From an uncultured Acidobacteriota bacterium (lineage in GTDB: Bacteria > Acidobacteriota > Vicinamibacteria > Vicinamibacterales > CAVVIG01), in assembly GCA_963729215.1 (NCBI GenBank), contig CAVSND010000005.1, positions 25,985 to 89,984 on the forward strand: a stretch of DNA of 64,000 bases, read 5' to 3'. Under the pieces are notes generated by a model that saw only the letters and a program-made list of their open reading frames with translations, made no database searches and was not told the DNA's origin. A program made the position numbers and the translations under genes. Shown here in pieces: positions 44,689 to 58,202 of the stretch (positions are counted from its first letter, which is position 1; each line of letters begins with the position of its first letter).

Positions 44689-46255
44689 TTAGTTGCCGGC
44701 CTTCGCCTTCGCCCGCTGCTGCTGCTGCTCGGTGAGGATCGTGTACGCGAGATAGTACTTATAGATGTTGGAGACGTACTGCACGGTCTCCCGCCCGATC
44801 GACTCGGCGGCCACGAGCTCCACGTTGTTGAACCACAGATTCTGGTTGAGCCCGCGTTTGGCGGCGCGCTGCCGCAGCTGGCGGATGCGGTTGGGTCCGG
44901 CATTGTAGGACGCAAACGTGAACAAGGCCTTGTTCAGCTTATCCATCGGTTCGTCCTTGTAGTAGCTGTCGATCATGAAGCGCATGTACTTCACGCCGGC
45001 GTGGATGTTCGCCTCCATCTGGGTGATGTCGCCGACCTTCATCTCGGCGCCGGTCGCGGGCATCAGCTGCATGACGCCGACCGCGCCGACCGCGCTCTTC
45101 TTGTTCTGATCGAGGCCGGACTCCTGGTAGCCCTGCGCGGCCATCAGCAGATAGTCGAGCATTGTACTGTTCGCTGTATTTGCGCAGGAAGTCCACCGTC
45201 TGCTGAAGACTTCGCAACGTCGTCCTTGGCCGTGGCGCTCTTTGCGAATTTCACGCTCTTCAGATACTTCTGCGTCAGCACGTTGCGCTCCAGCGAGCCT
45301 TCCGGATACTTCGCCACGAACCCGTTCAGCTCCGCCATCAACATCGGGCTGTTCTTCCGGATCATCATCGCCGTCTGGCCGTCGGTCCGCACGGCCGCGT
45401 CCGTACTGAGGACGAGCTTCGGAAACACCTGCTTCCAGAACTGCGCGACGTAGTCGTCCACCATCGTCATAGGCGCCAGCCCGGCGTTCACCATTTCGAG
45501 GATGTCCTCGTCTGCGAGCACTTCCGGGGCGGGCCGGATCTTCACGGGCGGCTTGCCGGCCGCCGCAAGACGGGCGTTGAACTGCTTGACGTTCTCGGCC
45601 GACACGTCCGACGCGCGGAGGTAGACCTCTTTGCCGCTCAGGTCCTCCACGCTGGAGATAGGCGCCACGCCAGGGCCGCTCACGATGATGGACGAGATGC
45701 CGCTGCGTGTGGGACTTGGTGAAGTCCACCTTCTCCTTGCGCCACGCCGTGATCAGCTTGCCCGCGGCGACGATGTCTCCGCGGCCCTCGAGGAGCGCCG
45801 GGATGAGATCGTCGGCCGCGACCGGCACGAACATCGACCTTCACCCGAACGTTCTTGTTGTTGAGCCGCTTGTTCAGGTTGTCCTCGAACAGGCGGAACG
45901 CATCGGCGACCATGCCCATCTGAGCGCCCTTGTCCACGAAGAACGTGGTCTTCGAGTAGACGGTCAGCACGCGAATGACTTTGCGTTCGATCATCCCGTC
46001 GAGGTCGCCCGTCCACTTGCCGACGAGTTTGTCCGCGACGGGGTTGTCGAACGTGTCGAGATCGGATGCGGGCTCTTTGGCGGCGCCGTCGGCTTGCGCG
46101 GCCGCCGGGGCGGGACTGGCCGCTGACGCGGAATCGGCCTGCGGAGCGGCGGCCTGGGATGCCGGTGGAGAAGGAGGCGCGTTCCCGCAGGCGATGGATG
46201 CCAGCAGGAACACGCAGAATAGCAACAGCCGGGTCGAGTTGTTTTTCAAAATCAT
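44689..46255 (-). CDS. mltF: MltF-family lytic transglycosylase (SBP + SLT lipoprotein); several frameshifts
   Basis: WTGDLDGMIERKVIRVL, LIPALLEGRGDI, AQGYQESGLDQ, GVMQLMPAT, ASYNAGP, ETVQYV. Confidence 0.85.
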
Positions 46256-46387
46256 CCTTTCAGACACCACTGTCTTCCGACACACTCCCTCGACGGCCAG
46301 TCCGCCAGCGAGCCATCTCGGGCCGCTTCGCGGGGTAGCTTATCAGGATCGGCCCGGCGCAGGCCTGCCTTATGATGACCTGAGTCG

Positions 46388-47653
46388 ATGACACCGAATC
46401 CATTCGAACGACGCGAGTTTCATCTGCTGTCGAAGCCAACCGGCGCCATCTGCAACCTGGATTGCAAGTACTGCTTCTTCCTGTCCAAGGAGATGCTGTA
46501 TCCGGGGAGCCGGTTCCGGATGGCGGACGACATGCTCGAGACGTACATCCGGCAGTTGCTCGAGTCGCAACCCGGGCCGGATGTCCAGGTGGCATGGCAA
46601 GGCGGCGAGCCTACGCTGATGGGCCTCGAGTTCTTCAAGAAGTCGATCGAGTACGTCGAGCGTTACCGCCGGCCGGCGCAGCACGTCTCCTACACGCTGC
46701 AGACCAACGGCACGAAAATCGACGCCGAGTGGGCGGCGTTCCTGGGCGCTCACGATTTCCTGATCGGCCTCAGCATCGACGGCCCGCGCCATCTGCACGA
46801 CGCCTATCGCGTGGACAAGGGCGGCCAGGGCAGCTTCGATCAGGTCATGGAGGGCTGGACGGCGCTGATGGCGCACAAGGTCAACGTGAACGTCCTGTGC
46901 ACGGTGCACGCGGCCAACGGCGATCAGCCGCTCGAGGTCTACAAGTTCTTCCGCGACGATCTCGGCGCGCGGTACGTGCAGTTCATTCCGATCGTGGAGC
47001 GGGTGACGTCAGAGCTGCTGCCGATCGCGAACCAGGGCTGGGGTGAGCGTGGCTCCGATCCGCGCCCCTTGTACCTGACCGAGGGCCATCATGTCACCGA
47101 CCGATCGGTGTCATCGGAGCAGTGGGGCCGTTTCCTGATCGGCGTCTTCGACGAGTGGGTTCGCGCGGACGTGGGTACTGTGTTCGTGCAGATGTTCGAC
47201 GCCGCGCTCGCCTCGTGGGTGGGCGCCCCGCCGTCGATGTGCGTGTTCGCGGAAACCTGCGGCAATGCGCTCGCGCTCGAGCACAACGGCGACCTGTATT
47301 CCTGCGATCACTTCGTCGAGCCGAAATACCGGCTCGGGAACATCCAGGAAGTCCACATGCTGGAGCTCGTGTCGTCCGAAGCCCAGCGCCAGTTCGGCCT
47401 CGCCAAGCGGGACACGCTCCCGAAATACTGCCGCGAGTGCGCGGTGCGTTTCGCCTGCCACGGCGAGTGTCCGAAGAACCGCTTCATCAGCACGCCGGAC
47501 GGAGAACCAGGCCTGAACTATCTCTGTGCGGGCTACAAGGCGTTCTTCTCACACATCGATCGGCCTATGAAGATGATGGCCGATCTCCTTCGTCGCGGCC
47601 GCTACGCGGACGAGGCCATGGCTCTTCTCCAGGCGAACCCGGCCTCTCAGTAG
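46388..47653 (+). CDS. Anaerobic sulfatase-maturating radical SAM enzyme (AslB/AtsB-like, SPASM)
   Basis: KPTGAICNLDCKYC, WQGGEPTL, LQTNG, SIDGP, YSCDHFV, C..C.....CHGECPKNR, NYLC. Confidence 0.93.
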   Translation: MTPNPFERREFHLLSKPTGAICNLDCKYCFFLSKEMLYPGSRFRMADDMLETYIRQLLESQPGPDVQVAWQGGEPTLMGLEFFKKSIEYVERYRRPAQHVSYTLQTNGTKIDAEWAAFLGAHDFLIGLSIDGPRHLHDAYRVDKGGQGSFDQVMEGWTALMAHKVNVNVLCTVHAANGDQPLEVYKFFRDDLGARYVQFIPIVERVTSELLPIANQGWGERGSDPRPLYLTEGHHVTDRSVSSEQWGRFLIGVFDEWVRADVGTVFVQMFDAALASWVGAPPSMCVFAETCGNALALEHNGDLYSCDHFVEPKYRLGNIQEVHMLELVSSEAQRQFGLAKRDTLPKYCRECAVRFACHGECPKNRFISTPDGEPGLNYLCAGYKAFFSHIDRPMKMMADLLRRGRYADEAMALLQANPASQ

Positions 47654-49090
47654 TCCGTTTCTCGTGGCTCGTGGCTCGTGGCTCGTTGCTCGTGGCTCGT
47701 TTTCCGTTCTACGTTCTCGCGTTCTGCCTTCTGCTTCCCCCGCTTCACCCACCAATACATGGGCACGCCGGCGGCCATGACCGCGAGCCCGGCGGATGCG
47801 ACGCCCGGGGCCTCGACGACGGTGTTGATCACGATCGCGAAACTGACCAGGCAGAAGAGCGCCGGCGCCCAGGGATAGCCCCAGGCGCGGAAGGTCGCGG
47901 CCTGCTTTCCCGAGCGGCGGACGAAAAACAGCGACAGCACGGCGAGCGCCGAGAACAGGATGACGCCGAACCCGGTGTACGTGAGCAGCTGCTCGAACGT
48001 GCCTGACAGCACCAGGAGCGCGCTCCACGCCGCCTGGGCCACGATCGCGATCGCCGGCGTGCGGAAGCGCGGGTGGACGCGCGCGGCCGCGGGAACGAAC
48101 GCGCCGTCGCGCGCCATCGCAAAGTAGACGCGCGGGCCGGCCGTGGTCATCGCGCTCAGGCTGCTCAGGATGATCAGGATCGCGACGACCGCGAACAGAT
48201 AGCCCGCGGCGGATCCGAACAGCCGCTCGGCGGCGATTTCGCCAACCGCCACTCTTCCGCTGAACTGCTCGAACGGCACGACGCGGAGATAGAGCGCGTT
48301 GAGCGCGAGATACAACGCGACGGTGGAGCCCGTCCCGATGGCCAGCGCGCGCGGCACATTGCGGACGGGATCCGTGATTTCCTCGGCGACGTAGACGGCG
48401 GCATTCCAGCCCGAATAGCTGAACATCACCGGCACCATCGCCATCAGCCATCCGGTCAGGCGCACGGGCGCGCTGGGTGGCATCGGGTGGCCGCTGCCCA
48501 GTCCGGCGACCAGAGAAACCAACGGCGACGAAAACGACGAGCGCCGCGACCTTGAGTGTCGTCAGCGAGTTCTGCAGCAGGCGGCCGGGCCCGACGCCGC
48601 GCATCTGCACCAGCGCGAGGGCGACGATGATCGCGATCGCGACGAGCGCGCGGATCGACAGGTTCACCACGAGCGGGCCGACATGCCACGAGGTCAGCGG
48701 CGTGCCGTTGCCGGCGCCCGGCACGAGGCGATCGAGATAGACGGCCACGCCGACGCCGCCGGCGGCAATCGCGCCGCTGAAGCCAGCCACGAACGAGGTC
48801 CAGCCGGTGAGAAACGCGGCCAGTCCGCCGAAGGCCTCGCGCAGATAGACGTATTCGCCGCCCGCCTCCGGTTGCCGCGCGGCCAGTTCCGCGTAGGCGA
48901 GGGCGCCCGCGAACGCGAGCGCGCCGCCGAGCGCCCACACGCCGAGGATCGCGATACCGCTCGGCAGCAGGGTGGCGATGAAGCCAGGCGTCGTGAAGAT
49001 GCCGACGCCGATGACGTTGGAGATGACAATGGCCGCCGCATCAAGGGGTCCGAGGCGGCGATCAAGCGACGCGCGTGCCGGGGCGACCAC
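47647..49090 (-). CDS. APC-family amino acid permease; frameshift near 48510
   Basis: NVIGVGIF, AGGEYVYL, FSYSGWN, EEITDPVRNVPRA. Confidence 0.9.
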
Positions 49091-49094
49091 CGCG

Positions 49095-49583
49095 TCAGTC
49101 GGTGATCAACGTGCGGGTTACGGGAAACTCGGCCAGCCGTTTCCACTGCACCGACCCGTACTTGGCCGAGAACTCGGCCCTGGCGTCGATGAAGTGGGAA
49201 TTCGCCAACATCTCCTGGCGGGTTTGATCCGAGCCGGTGTAGCCGAGGTTCGATTTGACCGTCAGCGTCTCGGTGGTGGCCCCGGGCGCGAGGCCTTTCG
49301 AGCCAACGACGTTCAGGAGACCGCTTCCCCACTCAGCCGGATCGTTGACCCGCTTGAAGAGGACGTTCACCTGGATCACGGACAGTTTCTGATCGGAAAC
49401 GTTCTTCAGCTTGAACGAAATCGCCGGCACCAGCTTGTTCTGGCCGTTGACGATGCCCGCATCGAACCAGCCGGTCGAGACGTCGAGAATCTGAAGGCCC
49501 TTGGCGAGATCGACGTCGGGTGCGCACGCCGCCGCCGTGGTGAGGAGGAGACCCGCGAGCGCAGCCCTGAGCCACAGGCGCAT
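49095..49583 (-). CDS. Hypothetical lipoprotein
   Basis: Signal ending AAAC; STGWFDAG..NKLVP. Confidence 0.75.
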   Translation of the reverse strand: MRLWLRAALAGLLLTTAAACAPDVDLAKGLQILDVSTGWFDAGIVNGQNKLVPAISFKLKNVSDQKLSVIQVNVLFKRVNDPAEWGSGLLNVVGSKGLAPGATTETLTVKSNLGYTGSDQTRQEMLANSHFIDARAEFSAKYGSVQWKRLAEFPVTRTLITD

Positions 49584-49635
49584 CCGCGTATATTAGTGTA
49601 CGTCCCGCCCAAGTCACTACCGGCCGCGCGCGATG

Positions 49636-50508
49636 CTAGAACACGCGCCGGTCGAGCCGCTTGATGACTTCTTCGCGGGAAATCTGACCCGCGCGGAAGG
49701 CCGCGAGATCGGCGCCGCTCGCCCGGATGACGACGGATTGGGCGCCGCTGTCGGCCGGCGCCAGCCGCGGCCGTTCCTCATTCCGCCGGGCGGCGATCGT
49801 CACCCATTCGGTCGGACCAACCCCGAGCGGGCTGCTGTGGTCGAGCATGGCATCGATGAGCGCCTGAATCACCTCGGTGCGATACGCCTCGTTCGGGTCG
49901 TCGAGGATCGGGTCGGGCTGGACAGCCGGTGCGGGCCCGGCCTGCGCGGTTGCGGGACCCGGCTGATCGGCAACGCCGGCCGCGGACCCGGAAACGTTGC
50001 GGGCGTCGGACTGGCCCGCGACCGGCAGCGTCAGGCCGACGGGCATGGCCGCAGGACCGACCTGCAGCTCGATTCGCTTCAGCGCCTGCTGCATGTCGAT
50101 GTCGCTCGGGTTGATGCGCGTCCGCAGAACCGAGAGCGCGCTCTGGAGACCGAGGTCGTTCTGATCGAGCGTCCGCAGGCTCCAGGTGAGCGACCCGTCG
50201 AGCGAGGGCACGATGACGTCGAAGAAGACGCCGTAGCCCTCGAGGCGGAACCCGCGCACATGCGCGTTCTCCTGGATGAGCAGCTGCGCCTGCGCCGGCG
50301 GCACCACCGCCTGCAGCCGATCGCGCATCATCGTCGCGCCGTGCTCGACGGCGCCTTCGAGGACGCGCTCCATCTGGCCGATCTGGTACCGCGCGCGCTT
50401 CTGCTCGGCTTCCGACCGCGCGGGCGACGAGTCCTGCGCAATGGCCGGCGCCGCGGCGGCGCACAACGTGAACACGGTAACGGCAACGACTGAACCCTGT
50501 GTCTTCAT
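49636..50508 (-). CDS. Secreted hypothetical protein in the ECF operon
   Basis: Start MKTQGS with a signal peptide; RGFRLEGYGVFFDV. Confidence 0.75.
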   Translation of the reverse strand: MKTQGSVVAVTVFTLCAAAAPAIAQDSSPARSEAEQKRARYQIGQMERVLEGAVEHGATMMRDRLQAVVPPAQAQLLIQENAHVRGFRLEGYGVFFDVIVPSLDGSLTWSLRTLDQNDLGLQSALSVLRTRINPSDIDMQQALKRIELQVGPAAMPVGLTLPVAGQSDARNVSGSAAGVADQPGPATAQAGPAPAVQPDPILDDPNEAYRTEVIQALIDAMLDHSSPLGVGPTEWVTIAARRNEERPRLAPADSGAQSVVIRASGADLAAFRAGQISREEVIKRLDRRVF

Positions 50509-50525
50509 CTTCCGGCCCCTGTCCC

Positions 50526-51311
50526 CTATTGCTTCTGCGAAACCTTGAGCAGATAGTTCACCAGCTCGCGCTGTTTCATCTGCTCGCCGTACGTGCTGGT
50601 TTGAATAAACCCGAGGCTGCTGTTGATCTTCACGAGATCGGCCTGGCGCTGCGCGTTGACGTCCTTCATGATCTCCCCGACGCGAAGCGCCAGCTCGCGC
50701 TCCTGCCGCCGCTCGCTTTCCTGAATGATCGTCCGCACGCGACGCTGCAGTTCCGCGTCGGTCATGGTGCTTGTCGGCGCGGCGGCCGGTACGGCGCGCG
50801 TGGCCGAGATGGACTGCAGCTCCGTGCGCATCTGGCGCTCGAGCGCGGTGAGATCGGCCCGCCACGGCGCGGACGCAGGCGTTGCCGGCAACGCCGCGGC
50901 GTTTTGCGCCGGCACTTTCGACCATCCGGTTCGCAGCGTCCAGCCGGCGCCGTCGCGGCGCACTTCGACGTTCGCGATACCCATCGAGACGCCGAGCACG
51001 AGGAGCGCGGCGGCGACCTGGGCCCATCCGGGCACGTCGTGCCAGGAACGGGTCGTGGCTCGTGGCTCGTCGCTCGTGGCTCGTGGCTCGGAACTCACGG
51101 GATCGTAGTCCGTGACCATGCGCGGTTCGGGCGGCGCCCAGGCCGACAGGGTCGATCGGACGCCGCGGAGGGCAGCCAGCTCGCGTGTGCAGCGGCCGCA
51201 GCCGTTCACATGCGCGCTGAACGTGGCCCGGTCGGCCGCGTCGATTTCGTCGTAGAGGTACGCGACCAGCAGATCGTCCCGGCCGTCGTAAGTACAAATC
51301 GTTTCAATCAT
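50526..51311 (-). CDS. Anti-sigma factor (zf-HC2 + TM)
   Basis: LVAYLYDE..HVNGCGRC, a single TM, overlaps the sigma stop. Confidence 0.88.
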   Translation of the reverse strand: MIETICTYDGRDDLLVAYLYDEIDAADRATFSAHVNGCGRCTRELAALRGVRSTLSAWAPPEPRMVTDYDPVSSEPRATSDEPRATTRSWHDVPGWAQVAAALLVLGVSMGIANVEVRRDGAGWTLRTGWSKVPAQNAAALPATPASAPWRADLTALERQMRTELQSISATRAVPAAAPTSTMTDAELQRRVRTIIQESERRQERELALRVGEIMKDVNAQRQADLVKINSSLGFIQTSTYGEQMKQRELVNYLLKVSQKQ

Positions 51312-51871
51312 GATTCACTCTTCGCCAGCTCGCGGCGCAGGACCGCCAGGCCCTGGTACAGCCGCGTCTTGACCGTGCTCAGCGGACAGCCCACGAGATC
51401 GGCGATCTCCTGAAACGTGAGCTCATGGTATTCCTTCAGGATGATTGCCGTACGCTGGTCTTCCGGCAGCTTCGCCATCGCGCGCTCGACGATGAAGGTG
51501 AGCTCGCGGCGCGCGACGAGATCGTCGACCGATACGGTGGGCTCACGAATGGCCGACAGCTCCAGGGCGTCGAGATCGTCGGGGGCCTGAATGACCGGAG
51601 TCCGCCGCTCGCGGCGCACCCAGTCCCGGCACAAGTTCAGGGCGATCCGATACAACCAGGAGGAGAACTTGGCCTGACCCCGAAAACCGTTCAGCGCACG
51701 GAAGGCGCGGAGGAAGGTTTCCTGGCACACGTCGCGCGCGTCCTCTTCGCGGCCGATCACCCGGTACGCGAGGGCATAGATGGGGCGCTCCCACCTCAAC
51801 ACCAGCTGGTTGAAGCTATCGGGATCGCCGCCAATCGATCGGGCGACCAACTCCTCGTCCGACCACGTCAT
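51308..51871 (-). CDS. ECF RNA polymerase sigma factor
   Basis: DARDVCQETF, FSSWLYRIALN, LTFQEIA, TVKTRL. Confidence 0.95.
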   Translation of the reverse strand: MTWSDEELVARSIGGDPDSFNQLVLRWERPIYALAYRVIGREEDARDVCQETFLRAFRALNGFRGQAKFSSWLYRIALNLCRDWVRRERRTPVIQAPDDLDALELSAIREPTVSVDDLVARRELTFIVERAMAKLPEDQRTAIILKEYHELTFQEIADLVGCPLSTVKTRLYQGLAVLRRELAKSES

Positions 51872-52110
51872 GCTGTATGCGGAAACCTTTTCTGCGCGGT
51901 TCGAACCGAACATGACCCATCACGTTAGACGGCGGGGGACCTTCACTGGTCGGGCCTTCCTCTATTATATGACCGATTTCTCTATATCTTTGCGCTCATG
52001 GCACTTAGCCGGTTCGACCGGCCCGGGCTTCTGAGCCCGCGCGATTTGGATCGCCACGGACCCTTGGCATACAATTTCCGGGCACCGTCGCGTCTTTTCC
52101 TATTCCACGA

Positions 52111-54227
<2,117 letters not shown>

Positions 54228-54228
<1 letters not shown>

Positions 54229-54824
54229 TGGACGAAACGTTTCTCACCACCGAAGAGGTGCTCGAGTACCTCCAGGTGAACCTGCGAACGGTCTACCGGC
54301 TCATCAAGGCCGGGAAGATCCCCGCCGTGCGCGTCGGACGGCAATGGCGATTCCGGAAGCGTGACATCGACGCGTGGCTCGACAGTCAGCGGCCGCGCGG
54401 CGGCCCGCGCCAGGCGGCGCCCGCTCCGTCGGCGACCCCGCGGCCCGCGGCCGGCAGCGTCCGGCGGCGCGTGCTCGTCGTGGACGACGAGGCGAGCATT
54501 CGCGACCTGCTCGAAAAAACCCTCACCCTCAACAACGAGTACGACGTGGACGTCGCGCCCGACGGACCCGCCGCCATCGATCGGATGCGGCTCTATCCGT
54601 ACGATCTATTGATCGCGGATCTCAAGATGCCGGGGATGGACGGCCTGACGGTCATCCGCGAAGCCCGGCGTTACAAGGCCGACCTGCCTGTCATCATCAT
54701 CACCGGGTTTTCCACCGAGTCGGCCGCCATCGAAGCCGCCAACCTCGGCGTCGCGGGCTATCTCACCAAGCCGTTCCGCGTCTCGAAGGTGCTCGAAGTG
54801 ACGGCGAAGGCCCTCGGCGAGTAA
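54228..54824 (+). CDS. Response regulator with an N-terminal excisionase-type HTH (HTH_17) and a C-terminal REC domain
   Basis: FLTTEEVLEYL..TVYRLIKAGKIPAVRVGRQWRF; VLVVDDE, DLKMPGMDG, YLTKPF. Confidence 0.92.
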
Positions 54825-54833
54825 TCGACCGCA

Positions 54834-56830
54834 TTGATCCAGCTTTCCGAGCTGACGAAGTCGTTCGGCGATCGCGTCCTGTTCGACCACGTCACGTGGC
54901 AGATCACCGACCGCGAACGCGTCGGGCTCTGCGGGCCCAACGGCGCGGGCAAGACGACGCTCCTGCGAATGATGGCGGGCCTCGACGAGCCCGATTCGGG
55001 CGCGGTCCTTAAACCGTCGGCCCTCACGGTCGGCTATCTTCCCCAGGACGGCCTCACCCACTCCGGACGGACGGTGTTCGACGAGGCGGCAAGCGCCTTC
55101 GGCGGCCTGCTGGCGATGAAGACCGAGATGCACGCGCTCGAGGAGCAGCTCGGCGACGAGTCGATTCCCGAAAGCCAGCACGAACAGATGCTCGTGCGAT
55201 ATGCCGATCTGCAGGAGCAGTTCAGGCACGGCGACGGCTACAGCATCGAGGTCAAGACCTCCACCGTCCTCCAGGGTCTGGGTTTCAAGACGACGGATTT
55301 CTCGCGGGAAACCGACACGTTCAGCGGCGGCTGGCAGATGCGGATCGCGCTCGCCAGGCTCCTGCTCGGCCAGCCGGGCCTCCTGCTGCTCGACGAGCCG
55401 ACGAACCACCTGGACCTCGAAGCCCGCAACTGGCTCGAGGAATACCTGAACGGCTACCCGCACGCCGTCATCCTCGTCTCGCACGACCGCTACTTCCTCG
55501 ACGCCGTCGTGACCCGCATCGCGGACCTCACGCTCAGGACGCTCACCGACTACGTCGGCACGTACAGCGACTACCTCGTGGAACACCACGCGCGCATCGA
55601 AGCGATGCGCAAGGCGAAGCGCGAACAGGACGAGGAAGTCGCGCGCGTGAAGATGTTCATCGATCGGTTCAGGTACCAGGCCACGAAGGCCGCGCAGGTG
55701 CAGAGCCGGATCAAGATGCTCGACAAGGTCGTGCCCATCGAGGTGCCGCCCGAGCGCAAGCGCATCCACTTTCAGTTTCCCTCGTGCGCGAAGAGCGGCC
55801 GCACCGTGCTCGAGCTCAGGAACGCGCACAAGGCCTACGGCGATCTGGTGGTCTTCGATCGCGTGAACCTGCACGTCGAACGCGGCGATCGCATCGCGCT
55901 GGTCGGCCCCAACGGCGTGGGCAAGTCCACGATGATGCGGCTGCTCTCCGGGGAAGAGGCCCCGGACTCGGGCGAACGCGTCGAAGGGCACCACATCGTG
56001 ATGCAGTACTTCGCCCAGGACGAGGCCACCCGGATGGATCCGGCGCCGACGGTCTACGAGACGCTGGCATCGGGCTCGCCGAACGACATGGTGCCGGCCA
56101 TCCGCAACATCCTCGGTGGGTTTCTTTTCTCCGGCGACGATGTCTACAAACGGGTGCGCGTCCTCTCAGGAGGCGAGCGCACGCGCCTCGCCGTCGCCCG
56201 CATGCTGCTCCGGCCGTCGAACACGCTCCTGCTCGACGAGCCCACGAACCATCTCGATCTCGATTCGAAGGAAGTCCTCCTGGATGCCCTCGTCGATTAC
56301 GGCGGCACGCTCATGTTCGTGTCACACGACCGGTATTTCGTCGAGCGGCTCGCCACCAAGATCATCGAGGTCGGAAACGGCACGGCGCTGGTGTACCCGG
56401 GAACCTACAAGGAATTCCTGTGGCACAAGGCGCAACTTAGGAGAAAGTTGAAAGTGCAAAGTCAAAAGTAGAAAGCAAAGTTCAAAGTCAGAAAGTTCAA
56501 AGCAAGGTTAGAAAGCCGGGAAAGTAAAGGCCGAGCCGGCCGAAGCAGCCGCCCCGCGAGTCCCGCCAGGACCAGAAACGCGTCGATGCCGAAGCCCGGC
56601 GGCTGCAAAAGGCCGAGCAGGCCCGCCGGCTGCGGATCGACGACCTCGAGTCCCGGATCGCCGAGTGCGAACAGGCCATCCGCGACATCGAGCTGACGAT
56701 GTCGGCCCCCGGTTTCTACGAGGATCGCGCCGCCGCGCAGCCCGTTATCGACCAGCATCAGGCGCTCATGTGGAAAGTGGGTGATTTGATGCACCAGTGG
56801 GAAGAGCTCCAATCGACCCTGTCCCGATAA
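54834..56830 (+). CDS. ABC-F family ATPase; frame broken in the heptamer-repeat linker before the C-terminal coiled coil
   Basis: Two ABC cassettes (GPNGAGKT, FSGGW, LDEPTNHLD; GPNGVGKS, LSGGE). A CTD (RIDDLESRIAECE..LMHQWEEL) continues to TAA at 56830. Confidence 0.9.
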
Positions 56831-56948
56831 CAAATCTGTCATCGGCTGACGTTTTTGTTACACTAATTTCTGGGTCGTTCCCTGTAACCGATTGATTTCA
56901 GGCTATCTTCGACGGTTTGGGCTCGGCGGACTCAGGCACGTGGTTTGC
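56828..56948 (+). promoter_or_regulatory. Sigma54 promoter with an IHF site and a palindromic UAS
   Basis: AGGCACGTGGTTTGC (56934-56948); IHF consensus AATCAAtcggTTA on the minus strand (56885-56897); dyad TAACAAATCTGTCA-N5-TGACGTTTTTGTTA (56828-56860). Confidence 0.75.
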
Positions 56949-57000
56949 CCCACCTACTCCTGAGTTGACGACTGTACCCAACGTCCGGACGCCGGTAGAT

Positions 57001-58188
57001 ATGTCCGAGCCACCCCAGCGACCCTCGACACGAGCGAGCCGTCGTGTGCCGGGTCTCGTACCGGCATCCCCGGCCGTCCCCTCGATCGACACCGAGGACC
57101 GCTTTTTCCGGCACATCGTGAGCAGCATGCGGAACGGCGTCATCGCCGTCCGCCGTGACGGCACGCTCATGCTGATGAACGCCGAGGCTTATCGCATCTT
57201 CTCGCTGACGCCCAACCCCGCCGACATCGGCCAGCCGTTCGCGGACGTCCTGAAAACGCGCGGCGACATCGTCCGGGTGCTGACGACGGCATTCGAGCTC
57301 AGCCTGCTGCCGAACCGCGCCGAGACCCGGCTGCGGGATCTCGATCGCGTGATTGGCTACACGCTGTCGCAGGTCAAGGACGACTCGGGCGACCGGATCG
57401 GCGCCGTGATGTTCTTCAAGGACCTGACCCAGGTCGAACAGATGGAGGAGCGCGAGCGGCTCCGCGACCGCCTGGCGTCGCTCGGCGAAATGGCGGCCGG
57501 CATCGCGCACGAGCTCAAGAACCCCCTGGCGGGCATCGAAGTGATGGCGGGGCTGCTCCGCCGCCAGGTGCCCGACTCGGTGGACGCGCAGTCGCTGCTC
57601 GCCGACATCATCAGCGAAGCGAAACTTGCCAACGCAATCGTCGTCGAGATGCTCGAGTTCGTCCGCCCGGTTCGCCTGCAGGTCGAGCACACGAACATCA
57701 CGGACGTCGTGCATCAGGCCGTGACGCTGGCGGAATCGAAAGTCGCGCGCGGCGCGGTGACCGTGGCGCTGGACGTGCCGCCGGATCTGCCGGCGATCGA
57801 GTGCGACCATTACCAGCTCTGCCAGGTCTTCACGAATCTCATCGCGAACGCATTCGAGGCGCTCGACGGCAAGGGAACGATCACGATCACGGCGTCGCTC
57901 GGCGCCATCGAATCGGACCCGGCCTTCACCAGCGCGCCGCAGGAACCGACGCCGATCGTGATTGTGGACGTCGCGGACAACGGGCCCGGCGTCCCGGAGG
58001 AGCTCAACGATCGCATTTTCGATCCGTTCTTCACGACGAAGATCAAAGGCTCCGGTCTGGGGCTTGGCATCGTCAGGAAGATCGTGGATGCGCACGATGG
58101 GCGCATCGATCTCAGCAGCAGCCCGGAGACCGGCACGCGGTTCCGCGTGACGTTGCCGGTTACGAGCGCGACAGGCGTGTTCCGATAG
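57001..58188 (+). CDS. Cytoplasmic PAS histidine kinase
   Basis: AGIAHELKNPL, NLIANA, DNGPG, FDPFFTTK..GSGLGL. Confidence 0.92.
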   Translation: MSEPPQRPSTRASRRVPGLVPASPAVPSIDTEDRFFRHIVSSMRNGVIAVRRDGTLMLMNAEAYRIFSLTPNPADIGQPFADVLKTRGDIVRVLTTAFELSLLPNRAETRLRDLDRVIGYTLSQVKDDSGDRIGAVMFFKDLTQVEQMEERERLRDRLASLGEMAAGIAHELKNPLAGIEVMAGLLRRQVPDSVDAQSLLADIISEAKLANAIVVEMLEFVRPVRLQVEHTNITDVVHQAVTLAESKVARGAVTVALDVPPDLPAIECDHYQLCQVFTNLIANAFEALDGKGTITITASLGAIESDPAFTSAPQEPTPIVIVDVADNGPGVPEELNDRIFDPFFTTKIKGSGLGLGIVRKIVDAHDGRIDLSSSPETGTRFRVTLPVTSATGVFR

Positions 58189-58202
58189 ACGGAAGGATAG
58201 AT

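Noticed and set aside
46388-47653. Radical SAM/SPASM enzyme as a RiPP maturase, or as maturase of the 17706-19388 protein
   Set aside because: Motifs are typical of anSME, no precursor or PqqD-like gene is nearby, and the 17.7-kb protein lacks C/SxPxR.
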